Positions 51,979 to 61,621 are shown, counted from the first letter of the stretch. The stretch: 64,000 nucleotides of DNA from Dehalococcoidia bacterium (GCA_965222125.1 CBDCTC010000006.1:1375010-1439009), one strand, 5' to 3'. The notes: generated from the sequence alone by a model not told the origin. Program-made: numbers and translations.

Positions 51979-52932
51979 ATGGCCCTCTACCTCACGGAAG
52001 AAGACGTCGCCGCCGTGTTGACCATGGACATCGCCCTCGACGAGGTGGAACGGGGCTTCGTTCATCTCTCGGAGGGCAGGGCCTTCAACTTCCCGCGTAA
52101 CCGCCTGCCCAACGGCACAGGCTCCTTCAACTTCATGACCGCGACCGCCCACGAGCTTGGCGTCATGGGCATGAAGACCTACGGCGTAGGTCCCGGCAGC
52201 TCACGCTTCTACGTGCACCTCTACGACACCACCACGACGGAGCTTATCGCCCTCATCGAGGCCAACGGCATGGGCCAGGTACGCACCGGGGCCGCCAGCG
52301 GCATCGCCACGAAGTACATGTCCCGCGCCGACGCGTCCACGGTCGGCATGATCGGCTCAGGCTACCAGGCCAGCACCCAGCTCGAAGCCGTGTGCAAGGT
52401 CAGAGATATCACGAGCGCGAGAATCTACTCCCGTGCCCGTGAGAACCGGGAACGTCTCGCCTCGGTCATGGAGCGTCGCCTTGGCATCGAGGTCCGCCCC
52501 GTCGACAGCGGCCAGGAGTGCGTCGAAGGCGTGGACATCGTCAACGTCATCACCACGGCTGCCAGACCCGTCCTGCAGGGCGAGTGGCTCAGCGCCGGCG
52601 CGCACGTCAACGCCGCCGGAAACAACCACTGGATGAAGCAGGAGGTCGACTGCGATGTCGTCCGCCGCGCCAGCGTGATCGTTGCCGACGACGTCGACGG
52701 AGCGAAGATCGAGTGCGGCGACCTCGTCGATCCCATCGACCGCGGCATTATCACGTGGAACCACGTCCGCAATCTCTCCGACGTGGTGACAGGCCAGGTT
52801 GCGGGCCGCGCGTCGGACGGCGACATCACCCTCTTCGAGTCCCAGGGACTCGCCATCGAGGACATCGCCGTCGGTATTCGCGTCTACCGCATGGCACAGG
52901 AGCGCGGACTGGGCCGGGCGATGCCCTTCTGA
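51979..52932 (+). CDS. ornithine cyclodeaminase / mu-crystallin family protein (copy 1)
   Basis: 317 aa. Contains the Rossmann motif GMIGSGYQA in the OCD_Mu_crystall family pattern (RTGAASGIATKYM). Confidence 0.8.
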   Translation: MALYLTEEDVAAVLTMDIALDEVERGFVHLSEGRAFNFPRNRLPNGTGSFNFMTATAHELGVMGMKTYGVGPGSSRFYVHLYDTTTTELIALIEANGMGQVRTGAASGIATKYMSRADASTVGMIGSGYQASTQLEAVCKVRDITSARIYSRARENRERLASVMERRLGIEVRPVDSGQECVEGVDIVNVITTAARPVLQGEWLSAGAHVNAAGNNHWMKQEVDCDVVRRASVIVADDVDGAKIECGDLVDPIDRGIITWNHVRNLSDVVTGQVAGRASDGDITLFESQGLAIEDIAVGIRVYRMAQERGLGRAMPF

Positions 52933-52941
52933 TGCCTGGCG

Positions 52942-53379
52942 TCAGGGGCGGCGGAGCGCGACGACGGGGATCCGGCGGTCGGTGCCGGCGCGGTAGCCAG
53001 CGAAGCGTGGATTCGCCGCAGCCACCTTGTCGAACAGCGCGGCGCGTTCTTCGCCCTGGGTTATGCGGGCCTCGGCGGCGAAACGCTCGCCGTTAGCTTC
53101 AACGGAAACGTTCGGGTCGGCGGCGACGTTCAGGTACCACGCCGGATGGCGGTCCTGGCCGTAGTTCGAAGCGACGACAATGAGGTCGCCGGACTCCTCG
53201 AATTGGAAGTACATCAGGGGAGACGACCGCGGCTTGCCGCTCCTGCGTCCCCTGGTTACGAGGATGAGGATTCCTTCGCCTTCCAGGCGGCCCAGGAGGC
53301 GGCCGCCGGAGAGCCGGAACAAGAGCCGGTGCATCGGGACGAAGAACCACGCGATGATGACGCGTCTGTAGGTCGGCAT
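52942..53379 (-). CDS. deazaflavin (F420)-dependent nitroreductase (DDN) family protein (copy 1)
   Basis: ILILVTRGRRSGKPRSSPLMYF...VVASNYGQDRHPAWYLN...TDRRIPVVAL matches the DDN family pattern. Confidence 0.75.
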   Translation of the reverse strand: MPTYRRVIIAWFFVPMHRLLFRLSGGRLLGRLEGEGILILVTRGRRSGKPRSSPLMYFQFEESGDLIVVASNYGQDRHPAWYLNVAADPNVSVEANGERFAAEARITQGEERAALFDKVAAANPRFAGYRAGTDRRIPVVALRRP

Positions 53380-53389
53380 CGCGGGCTCC

Positions 53390-55087
53390 CTACCACCCGA
53401 TGCAGCAGGCTTCGCGGCGGGGGTCGGCCGCGCCCTTCAGGACGCCCGACTCCTGGTCCACCACGATGCCCTTGAGCGAGCCGGTGACGGCGCCCGCATC
53501 GGTCAGCACCTCGAGATCGTGGCCCCGGCGGCTGAGCTCCCGGATCGTGCTCTGCGGTACGGTGTCCTCCACGGACAGGCGCCCTGGGAGATAGGCGTGA
53601 GGCCAGAACGAGTTGGGGAAGTTCCAGGAGGTGAACCGGGGCTGCTCCACAGCCTGCTGCGGGTCCATGCCGAACTCGACGATGTTGAGGAACATCTGCA
53701 ACATGGCCGGACACTGCGCGTCTCCGCCCGGCGCGCCGAACGGCATGAGCAGCCGCCCCTCCTTGAACGCGATGGCGGGGTTGGGCGTCAGCCGCGGGCG
53801 CTTCCACGGCTGGAGGCTGGAGGGGTGGTCGTGCTCCAGCCAGCTCTGCGTTCCCCTGGCCGACAGCGTGAACCCCAGGCCGGGGATGACCTTGCAGCCG
53901 CCCACGCCGTCGCTGGGCGTCGCCGAGAAGGCGTTGCCCCACCGATCGACCGTGCACGTGTAGCTCGTGTCCTGCTCCCGGGCTCCGGCCGCCCGGACCT
54001 CGGGCCGCCGCGCCGCCGCGCCGGACCGCGCGTCGCCCTGGTACGGCCAGGGGTTGCCCGGGGGCGGCATCTCGGGAAACGCCCGCTCCATGTCTATGTC
54101 GCCGCGTCGGGCAGTGGTGTACCGCTTCGACAGAAGCCCGTCGATCGGCACGTCCACGTGGTCGGGGTCGCCGTAGTAGTGCTCCCTGTCGGCGAAGGCG
54201 AGGTTGAGCGCCTGCGACAGCAGGTGGATGTAGTCGGCGCTGTTGTGGCCCAAGCCGGCGAGGTCGTCGTCCTCGAGCATCTGCAGCGTCTCGGCCAGCA
54301 CGGGTCCCTGGCACCACGCCCCACAGGTGTATACGGCATAGTCCTGGAAGCGGCCCACCTCCGGCTCCTCGACCTGGACGGAAAAATCCTTCAGGTCGTC
54401 CAGCGTCAGAAGCCCGCCCTGATCGCGGCTGAATCGCGCCATCTCCTCGGCGATGTCGCCCTTGTAGAAGTAGTCGCGCGCGGCCCTGATGGCCGCCTCG
54501 CGCCCCCTGGAGCCGTTGGCCCTCTCGACGTCCGCGAGGCGTCTGAACGTGCGCGCCAGGTCCTTCTGCACGAGCAGCTCGCCCGTCTGCGATGGCCACT
54601 CGTCGACGGACGATCTCAGCAGGGCGCGCAGGACGGAAGCCGAGATCGGGTGGCCCTGCTCGGCCAGCTCCAGCACCGGCGCGACCACCTGCTCGAAGCT
54701 CATCGTGCCGTACTTCTCCAGCGCGGTGAGCCAGGCGTCGGCGGCGGACGGCAGGACGGTCCTGAGTATGCCCATCGGGATTTCGCCGCCGGCGTTCCGG
54801 TTGAAGTACTCGATCGAGGCCGCGCGCGGCCAGCGCCCCAGTCCGCTGATGGTCACCACCGAGTCGGAGGCCGCGAGGTAGATGATGATGGGCGCGACGC
54901 CGCCGAAGTTCGTGCTGGTCGGGCGCACGACGTTGAGGGCAATGCCCGAGGCCACTCCCGCGTCGACGGCGTTGCCGCCCTCCGCGAGGATTCGGAAGCC
55001 CGCCGCGGCGGCGAGATGGTGCCCCGCGGACACCATGTGGGTGGTGCCCATGACGGCCGGCCGGCTGCTGTTCGACGTCGTTGTCAC
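53390..55087 (-). CDS. gamma-glutamyltransferase family (Ntn hydrolase) protein, no signal peptide (copy 1)
   Basis: Contains VSAGHHLAAAAGFRILAEGGNAVDAGVA and the nucleophile region DTSYTCTVDRWGNAFSATPS. Probable GTG start at 55087 (AGGAGG 5 nt upstream); the track start is 55093. Confidence 0.8.
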   Translation of the reverse strand: MTTTSNSSRPAVMGTTHMVSAGHHLAAAAGFRILAEGGNAVDAGVASGIALNVVRPTSTNFGGVAPIIIYLAASDSVVTISGLGRWPRAASIEYFNRNAGGEIPMGILRTVLPSAADAWLTALEKYGTMSFEQVVAPVLELAEQGHPISASVLRALLRSSVDEWPSQTGELLVQKDLARTFRRLADVERANGSRGREAAIRAARDYFYKGDIAEEMARFSRDQGGLLTLDDLKDFSVQVEEPEVGRFQDYAVYTCGAWCQGPVLAETLQMLEDDDLAGLGHNSADYIHLLSQALNLAFADREHYYGDPDHVDVPIDGLLSKRYTTARRGDIDMERAFPEMPPPGNPWPYQGDARSGAAARRPEVRAAGAREQDTSYTCTVDRWGNAFSATPSDGVGGCKVIPGLGFTLSARGTQSWLEHDHPSSLQPWKRPRLTPNPAIAFKEGRLLMPFGAPGGDAQCPAMLQMFLNIVEFGMDPQQAVEQPRFTSWNFPNSFWPHAYLPGRLSVEDTVPQSTIRELSRRGHDLEVLTDAGAVTGSLKGIVVDQESGVLKGAADPRREACCIGW

Positions 55088-55278
55088 GATCACCTCCTTG
55101 ATTGCCAGAGGAGTTCAGGCCAGGTCACATCCCGGACGTGGGACGGGCCACGATCTTCGCAGCAGACCAGCACCTACGCTCTCTCTCCAACGATCCGTCC
55201 GAGACCGAACTGCTTACCCAAGATCACGACCCGAGCCAGAGGTGCGCCATCCAGTGAGCCCTCGAAGGGGCACGGGCC

Positions 55279-56151
55279 CTAGCGCGAGTACATCAGGTTC
55301 GGGTCGACCACCGACTTCTCGTTGCCGCCACCCGGCTCCCCTACCATCACGCCGTCGCGGAGCTCCGTCAGGCGCCCGTCTGTCATCGCGAAAAGCATGG
55401 TGTCGCCGCGGAACTCTTCGACGCCCACGTCGAACGCGTCTCGGGCCCGAAAAAGGCGGGCCATAGCGTTGCCTACAGGCCCCACCGAGACCAGCCGTCG
55501 GGCTTCCAGACGCGCGCCCAACTTGTTGAAGTCTCTCGGGGGTTCGCGTTTCGGGCCGAGGCCGAAGCTTCGAAACCGCAGGGGGCGCTCGGTGCCGTCG
55601 GGGTCCCTGATCCGAGCCACGTACTCAGTCCATCGGCCGTATTCGGGCTGCAGCATCTGCTCAATCATGTGCCAGAAGGAAGTGCGGAAGTACGGCACTC
55701 CCAGCATGAGGATGCGGGCGTCCATCTCGTAGAGCTTCCAGAACGGCCCGTCGACGGACCAAGCCGCCGCCCTGTGGACCCGCATCATCTCCCGGGCGAC
55801 CGGACCCAGCGCCGCGACCGATTCGCGGAGATGGCAGCTTCTCACGGCGCCGGGACGCCTGCGCGCCACCTCTGTGATTCGGCCGACTTCGGAGGGATCG
55901 TTGGCCGGATCGAAGACGGAGTCGGGGCCCCTGTGAGAAGGCGTGTAGGTGGGCACCACAAGGGTCCCGTCCGGCGCTAGAACGTCCAGGAACGCATCCA
56001 CCACCGCGTCCGCTCCACCCTCTACATAGCCCATGGCGCTCAAGGAGCTGTGGACCATGACGACGTGGCCCGCTTCAAGTCCCAGACGCTTCAGCGCCTG
56101 TACGATGTCGTCGCGGGTGAGGCGTTGTACCGGTCTCGGACCCGTGTTCAT
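55279..56151 (-). CDS. aminoglycoside N(3)-acetyltransferase (AAC(3)) family protein
   Basis: LKRLGLEAGHVVMVHSSLSAMGYVEGGADAVVDAFLDVLAPDGTLVVPTYT is the typical Antibiotic_NAT N-terminus. Confidence 0.7.
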   Translation of the reverse strand: MNTGPRPVQRLTRDDIVQALKRLGLEAGHVVMVHSSLSAMGYVEGGADAVVDAFLDVLAPDGTLVVPTYTPSHRGPDSVFDPANDPSEVGRITEVARRRPGAVRSCHLRESVAALGPVAREMMRVHRAAAWSVDGPFWKLYEMDARILMLGVPYFRTSFWHMIEQMLQPEYGRWTEYVARIRDPDGTERPLRFRSFGLGPKREPPRDFNKLGARLEARRLVSVGPVGNAMARLFRARDAFDVGVEEFRGDTMLFAMTDGRLTELRDGVMVGEPGGGNEKSVVDPNLMYSR

Positions 56152-56172
56152 GGGAGGCTTTCGTCTGGACGC

Positions 56173-57504
56173 TCAGGTTCGACCTTCCGTGTCCCCTTGC
56201 TGTTCTCCGAGCGTCAAGTGCTCTACCGGCACCCCGCCTTTGTAGAACGTTCTCACGTGGGGCGGAGGTACCACAGGCGTCTCCACGGGAGTGCCGAGTC
56301 GGGCGAGCTGGGGGCAGTGGTCGTACGGGTACCTGTAGGCGGTCTCGTAGGACCTGTGCCGTTCGATTGCGTACTCCCAGACCAGCTCTTTCTCCGCGGT
56401 GACCTCGAAGATCCTTCCACCCAACGCTTCACCTATGAAGGTGTTGCCGTTGGGCAGCCTTTGAACGCTGCCGGTGTAGGCGGTGAAGAACTTGAACTCG
56501 TTGTAGTTGTGGCTGTATCCGGGGTCTTCGCTGGTGAGGTATCCATCATCCTCGTAGCTCCAGACCACTTCCCCGGCGACAGGGTCTATCTCGAGGATGG
56601 AGGTCCGCCCCGCGCGGGAGATATCCTGGACGGGCGGCTGGCCGTTGTCGAGAAGCAGGATGTTGCCCGCGCCCGGCAGGCCCTTGGGGATCATCCTCGG
56701 GTCGTGCTGACCGGCGATTCCGCCGCGGTGGCGGCCGGAGTGCTCCCAGACGACTTCCTTGGTCTGCTTGTCGATGATGAAGATGAAGCCCAGGGTTCGA
56801 GGGCTGACCAGGATGTTTCCGGGCCTGAACCTCTCGTCGCCGGCGTCGTACCACTTGTTCTCCGGCAGCGGGTCGAGGTGGTTGAAGTGAGTCCAGTTCG
56901 GCGATGGGTCGATGTCCAGGTATCTGTTGAGATCTAAGTGTTCCCAGGCGTGCCACTCCCACACCACGTCGCCCGCGGGTGTCGTCTCGAAGATGGAATG
57001 ACCTTGAAGACCCGGTGGCCACCGGACGCCCGACCCAAGTCTCCTGCGCGCCGGGTCTTTGACCTTTCTCTTGTACTCCTCGGGGATCTCCCGCCGGGAG
57101 CTATAGACTGTGTTGCCGTTGTCCAGGCGTCTCGACAGCCCCGCCGTATATCCGGGCACTACAGGCGGCTCCCAGACGATCTCGTTGTCCCAGTTATACT
57201 CCCTTGGGCCCAGGAGGTTGCCGTTCTCGAGCAGGTGGGCATAGTTCCAGATCCCCGACCGCGGAGCTCCCGCGCCCGGCGGATCGTCTCTAGGGCCCGT
57301 GGGCGGAGGCGCCGGTGGCACCCCCGGGGCGGGTGCCTCGTGAGATCGCTCGACGGCCCAGGTATTGACCACGTTGCCGTTCATATCGAACAGAGTGATG
57401 TCCGGCTCGTGCAGGAAGTTCAGCAGGGTGTAGCCGCCGAAGGCCTTCTCCGGGTTGTAGATCGTCGTTCCTATGGGATAGACGGTTATCATGGTTCGGT
57501 ACAC
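56173..57504 (-). CDS. arylsulfotransferase-like (ASST / Arylsulfotran_2) beta-propeller protein
   Basis: Has repeated NGN-containing blades (NGNVVNTW, LENGNLLG, LDNGNTVY, LPNGNTFIGE). The assignment is by motif pattern only. Confidence 0.45.
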   Translation of the reverse strand: MYRTMITVYPIGTTIYNPEKAFGGYTLLNFLHEPDITLFDMNGNVVNTWAVERSHEAPAPGVPPAPPPTGPRDDPPGAGAPRSGIWNYAHLLENGNLLGPREYNWDNEIVWEPPVVPGYTAGLSRRLDNGNTVYSSRREIPEEYKRKVKDPARRRLGSGVRWPPGLQGHSIFETTPAGDVVWEWHAWEHLDLNRYLDIDPSPNWTHFNHLDPLPENKWYDAGDERFRPGNILVSPRTLGFIFIIDKQTKEVVWEHSGRHRGGIAGQHDPRMIPKGLPGAGNILLLDNGQPPVQDISRAGRTSILEIDPVAGEVVWSYEDDGYLTSEDPGYSHNYNEFKFFTAYTGSVQRLPNGNTFIGEALGGRIFEVTAEKELVWEYAIERHRSYETAYRYPYDHCPQLARLGTPVETPVVPPPHVRTFYKGGVPVEHLTLGEQQGDTEGRT

Positions 57505-57543
57505 CTCCCAAGTCGGTTCCGCATGTCAATCACCCGAGTCAGA

Positions 57544-57810
57544 TCAGCCGGTACGGCGTCGGTCAGTATATCTTAATATCTTAGACGCGGCCATAAAATT
57601 GGCCAACTTCACTCCGGCCCATTTTGCCCTGGCCGCGAGCTGGCGTGTTATCTCCCCGCCGCCGAGTATGTGACCTTTCGTCGCCTTCAGCAGGTCCCCC
57701 TTGGTCGTCTCAGGCCCCAGCTCCAGGGAGACCTCCTCGATGCGGTGTAGAGAGGGGTAGTGGGCGCTGGAGGCGCGGCGCCCCGCGCCGATGAATCCTG
57801 TCCTCAGCAT
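57544..57810 (-). pseudogene. Gfo/Idh/MocA oxidoreductase N-terminal fragment
   Basis: MLRTGFIGAGRRASSAHYPSLHRIEEV matches the Rossmann start of the family. It then degenerates and ends in AT-rich sequence after 88 codons, whereas the family is usually more than 300 aa. Confidence 0.5.
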
Positions 57811-57971
57811 CCGGTCATCCTTTCAGCAGGGCAGCGAGCTCGTCGCTGGTGGTCGTCGGGCACCAGTGCTTCTCGACATGTTCCACCACCAGCCGCGTTC
57901 CCTCGTCGTGGCTGACGTAAGGCGGGCGCTTTCATGCGCCCCTCACCCTCGGCCGTACGCACTTCCTCAAG

Positions 57972-58014
57972 CAAGAGGCCCCGGGTGGCGATTTCGCCCA
58001 CCCGGGGCCTCTTG
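57972..58014 (-). terminator. very strong GC-rich hairpin downstream of the SBP gene (possible bidirectional terminator)
   Basis: AAGAGGCCCCGGGTGG (57973-57988) pairs perfectly with CCACCCGGGGCCTCTT (57998-58013), a 16-bp stem plus extra pairs, 23 nt after the stop at 58037. There is no clear U-tract. Confidence 0.5.
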
Positions 58015-58036
58015 GCCTGTCAGCTACGGAATCGGG

Positions 58037-59854
58037 CTAGTGCTTGAGGACGTACATCCACGGCATGGTGTTGATGTCCCCGTCCATGCCGCTCTCGAAG
58101 CCCACGAGCCAAGGCTGCGCCACCCACTTTCTGGCGCCGACCCACCTGATGGGAATCATGTATACTTTGTCGAGGTACTCCTCCTCGACTGCCTGGAAAG
58201 CCGCGCAGCGATCCGGATGGTCCAGAGGCAGCGACCGGGCGTACGCAACCAGCGCGTCCATCACCGGATATCCGCCCTGAATGTTGCTCAACGCCTCAAT
58301 CGAGTCCTTACGCGTCAGGGCGCTCACGATCTGGACCGGGTCCGGTATCCATGATCCCAGGCTGATGCGGTAGAATTGCGAGGCCTCGCGCCGCGGCGTG
58401 CCGCTCTCACGCTTCAAGAGATCCAACTCAACCCCAAGATTGTCCTTCCAATACTCCTTCACCGCCACGCCCATGTTCACCATCAGAGGCCTTGCCAGGT
58501 CGACCAGCAGCGGCGGAAGGTTGTCCGCGCTGCCGTAGGAAGACGTGGACAACTCCTGGCGCGCCAGCTCCGGGTCGTAGATCAGGCCGGGCGCGTCAGG
58601 GTTGTGACAGGGGATCAGAGGCGAGATCAGCCCCGTAGCGTGGTCCTCGGTCTCGCCCCAGATGGCCTTGACGATGGACTTCATGTCGGCGCCGTGCGCA
58701 AGAGCCTTGCGCACCAGCAGGTCATTCAGCGGCGCCAAGTCGATCTTGTTCTTGAGGAACCACAAGCCACCGTACGGCGTGACCTTCAATAGCGGATTGA
58801 ACGGGTGGTTTGTGTCCAGCGCCGCCTCGTACGTCGCGCTGTCGATCGTCATCAGATCGACCTCGGCGTTCTCGAACATGATCACCTGCACCTGACGGTC
58901 CCTGACGTTCAGCCCTATAAGCTTTTTGATCTGCGGCGAAGGACCCCACCACTCGCCCACGTCCGCCACCGCTTCGAACTGCATCGTATCGGGGTCAGTG
59001 GTCCATTTGTACGGCCCCGCACCCGTCGGATGCGTGAACCACTCGTCGTCCGCCAGCACATCCTCCAGCTTCGAAAAACCGGTACGGTGTGCAGCCATGT
59101 TCAGAGGCCATGTCGGGAACGGGATGGCCATGGTGACCTGGAGGGTGTGATCGTCTATCGCCACAAGGCCTTCCGCCTCGGTCACTTCACCGGCCCTCAG
59201 TTCGTTCCAACCCTTGATCTCACCAAGGTCCAGGCTGGCGCCGCCCCACGCAGCGATGTTCTCCGGCTTGGCGCCGTGCTCCCAAAATGCCTTGATCTGG
59301 GCCGCCATGACCGGCGTCCCGTCCTGCCAGATCGCGTCCTCCCGCAGCTTCATTGTGTAGACAGTGTAATCTTCGTTGGCCGTGTGGCTCACCGCGACGT
59401 ACGGGCGGACGACACCGATCGCGGCGTTCTGATAGATTTGTCCGTACACCCACGGCGCCCAAGGGCGCAGCCCACCTCCGTCACGCCAGATGGGAGTCCC
59501 TCCGTGCCCGTTGGGCATGACGATGTGCTGTGTGTCGTGCAAAGCTGTCCCAGGCGGCACCGCGGTCCTGGGGTCCACCGCGAAGGCCGGAGGCAGCGTG
59601 GGCTTCGCCATCACTGGCGCTGTCGTCGGCGCCGGCTTCGACGGCGCCGGCTGGGCCGGAGCCGTCGTGGGCTGCACCGCAGCCGTGGTTGGCGCCGCCA
59701 TCGCAGGAGCTGTCGTCGGCGCAACGGCAGCCGTCGTCGGCACCGCCGTGGGGTCCTCCGCGGCCTCGCTACACGCCAACGCGGCCAACGCCACAATCGA
59801 CACCAACATGGCCAATAGCAGTCCAGTCTTCATTGGTCCCCTCCCCAATTCCAT
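58037..59854 (-). CDS. ABC transporter substrate-binding lipoprotein (family 5, peptide/nickel type)
   Basis: Has a lipobox (ALACS), a Thr/Ala/Pro-rich linker, and then an SBP_bac_5-like body of about 500 aa. Confidence 0.75.
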   Translation of the reverse strand: MELGRGPMKTGLLLAMLVSIVALAALACSEAAEDPTAVPTTAAVAPTTAPAMAAPTTAAVQPTTAPAQPAPSKPAPTTAPVMAKPTLPPAFAVDPRTAVPPGTALHDTQHIVMPNGHGGTPIWRDGGGLRPWAPWVYGQIYQNAAIGVVRPYVAVSHTANEDYTVYTMKLREDAIWQDGTPVMAAQIKAFWEHGAKPENIAAWGGASLDLGEIKGWNELRAGEVTEAEGLVAIDDHTLQVTMAIPFPTWPLNMAAHRTGFSKLEDVLADDEWFTHPTGAGPYKWTTDPDTMQFEAVADVGEWWGPSPQIKKLIGLNVRDRQVQVIMFENAEVDLMTIDSATYEAALDTNHPFNPLLKVTPYGGLWFLKNKIDLAPLNDLLVRKALAHGADMKSIVKAIWGETEDHATGLISPLIPCHNPDAPGLIYDPELARQELSTSSYGSADNLPPLLVDLARPLMVNMGVAVKEYWKDNLGVELDLLKRESGTPRREASQFYRISLGSWIPDPVQIVSALTRKDSIEALSNIQGGYPVMDALVAYARSLPLDHPDRCAAFQAVEEEYLDKVYMIPIRWVGARKWVAQPWLVGFESGMDGDINTMPWMYVLKH

Positions 59855-59899
59855 TTCACTTTCGTCCAGACGCGCAAACCACTACGTTCCACTATAGTC

Positions 59900-59928
59900 A
59901 TTATAGGGGCACAGGAGCCGGTGTCAAG
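59900..59928 (-). promoter_or_regulatory. consensus sigma70 promoter upstream of the SBP gene
   Basis: On the minus strand: TTGACA (59923-59928), 17-nt spacer, TATAAT (59900-59905). Both hexamers are perfect, and the promoter lies about 45 nt upstream of the ATG at 59854. Confidence 0.6.
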
Positions 59929-60395
59929 ACAAAGTTGCACACAAGATGATTTACGCCCGACGACTTCAGGCGTATTACGGAGCTCTTGCACCTTTATGCG
60001 TCGCGCGGCTCGGCAGATGATCGCGTCGCCTATGGTCTTGGGTCACGGGCTCGTCGGAGGGCAGACTGGCTATCGGGGCGCGGACGGCGTGCCCGTCGGG
60101 AGTACGTCTACAGGCTTGGCGAGCGCGCCAGTCGGCTCCGGTTACCGTCGCGCGGGAGCTAGAGCGGGTCAAGGGTAGGCCACGCAGGGTATCCTGTACC
60201 ACCACGTGCGTTCATGCGTGGGCCGGGGCCACCGGATTAGAAATGGCCTCAGGCCCGCGCCATGCATCCGTACGGGTGGATGCGGCTAGACGAACTCCCC
60301 GGAGCGGGACGGCCGTCGACGCTCACCGTCGCCTGACTCTCCGCCGTGCCGAGACCCACTGCATGCACCACGCCGTCGGCATCCACGGGTCCCAT

Positions 60396-60968
60396 TTATT
60401 CTTCCTGGAACGATATCTGCGCCCAGGAGCCCGCGTTGATGCCCGGCTTTTCCCTGTACTTCTGGATGAGCCCCTCGGCGCAGATCTTCTTGCCGTTGAA
60501 CCAGTTGGTCAGATCGACCGAGGCGTCCGAAATGTCCGGCCAGTCCCCGACGCGCTTTCCCGAGTGCCAGAAGTAGACGAAGAAGTCCGGGTCCTCAGCC
60601 TTGTCGATGTTGAGGAAGGTCACCTTGGACTGGTGCTCAGGCTCGTGGACAGTGGACATCACGGTGCCGCATACCTTGCCCTGCTTGCCGATGTGTTCCG
60701 TCGCCTGCGCGGCGGTAAGCTCGCCGGTACCGGCGCCCCCGCCTCCGTATACCTGTACAAAGGGCGCCGCCACCTTCGTGGCTTCGGCCAGATCGGGCGC
60801 AAGGGTCGGCGTCGGCGGAGAGACCCTACCCGCGAACTGCTGGCGCGGCCCGGCTCCATCGGCGGCATCGGGTTCGTCGCCTCCACACGCCGCCGCCAAC
60901 GCAGCCAAGCTCGTCAGCGCGACGACACAGACAAAGCCACGACACCGCATCTCCAACGGCCTCCGCAT
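60396..60968 (-). CDS. hypothetical lipoprotein
   Basis: Has a signal peptide and lipobox (LAALAAACGG). No recognised catalytic motif. Confidence 0.5.
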   Translation of the reverse strand: MRRPLEMRCRGFVCVVALTSLAALAAACGGDEPDAADGAGPRQQFAGRVSPPTPTLAPDLAEATKVAAPFVQVYGGGGAGTGELTAAQATEHIGKQGKVCGTVMSTVHEPEHQSKVTFLNIDKAEDPDFFVYFWHSGKRVGDWPDISDASVDLTNWFNGKKICAEGLIQKYREKPGINAGSWAQISFQEE

Positions 60969-61346
60969 CAGCCCACGACTGCTTCACGGCTCTCGAATCG
61001 TCGAGTGGTCCGCGCCCCCAGCCATTGCGAGGCAGCGTTAGACCAATCACGACCTCGCGGATTTGTCAACACGCATGTCCGACGTAGCTGCTCGAACCTC
61101 GTGTGAACCTGACCTGTGTCGATGGTCAGGATAAATGTCCGCCTAAGTGGCCAGCACAAATGTCACCCGCACTGCTCGCAATGGTATCAGATCAGGTTCT
61201 TGCAAATCATCTTCCATCCCATTCGTGAGGAATCTGTGGTGCTATTCACGATAGCCTCGAAGAAGCTCTGAATGAAGGATCTTCGTTTGGGCAAGCCCAC
61301 TTCGCTGAAGACATCCGCCGTAGACGCGCTGCTAACGGGCTCCGCC

Positions 61347-61588
61347 CTATGTTGAGCGGAAGGCCGCAGGCTGTTGCGCGCCGAATGCGGCAAGCGGTAT
61401 GGGTTCGAGTACAAGACCTGTCACGTCCCCGCGAATCTCTACCGACAACCCCACGGCACTGGCTGCACTTTCGCCTCGGCCATCGCTGCAAGCCTCGCCA
61501 AGGGTCGGTCCGTGAGGCCGCCTCCGACGCTAGGGAATGCGTCACGGACGCCATCTGTTTCGCCTCCACCATCGGAAGGGGCGGCTGA
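61347..61588 (+). pseudogene. thiD: thiD (hydroxymethylpyrimidine/phosphomethylpyrimidine kinase) 3' fragment with a stop and a frameshift
   Basis: ...YRQPHGTGCTFASAIAASLAKGRSV, then in a shifted frame REAASDARECVTDAICFASTIGRGG*, matches the ThiD C-terminus (NTHGTGCT.SSAIAA.LAKG). An upstream in-frame TGA is also present. The last ~50 nt also occur at 51901-51950. Confidence 0.55.
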
Positions 61589-61621
61589 ATCCCCGACATT
61601 CGCCCACAAGGGAGAACCGAT

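Larger units (their letters stand above)
51569..54357. repeat. copy 1 of a duplicated ~2.8-kb+ segment (partner 61347-64000)
   Basis: Homology starts at GGGCTCCGCCCTATGT (51569 / 61347). After an internal replaced block, the offset is exactly 9,643 bp from 51901/61544 to the window end. Confidence 0.9.
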
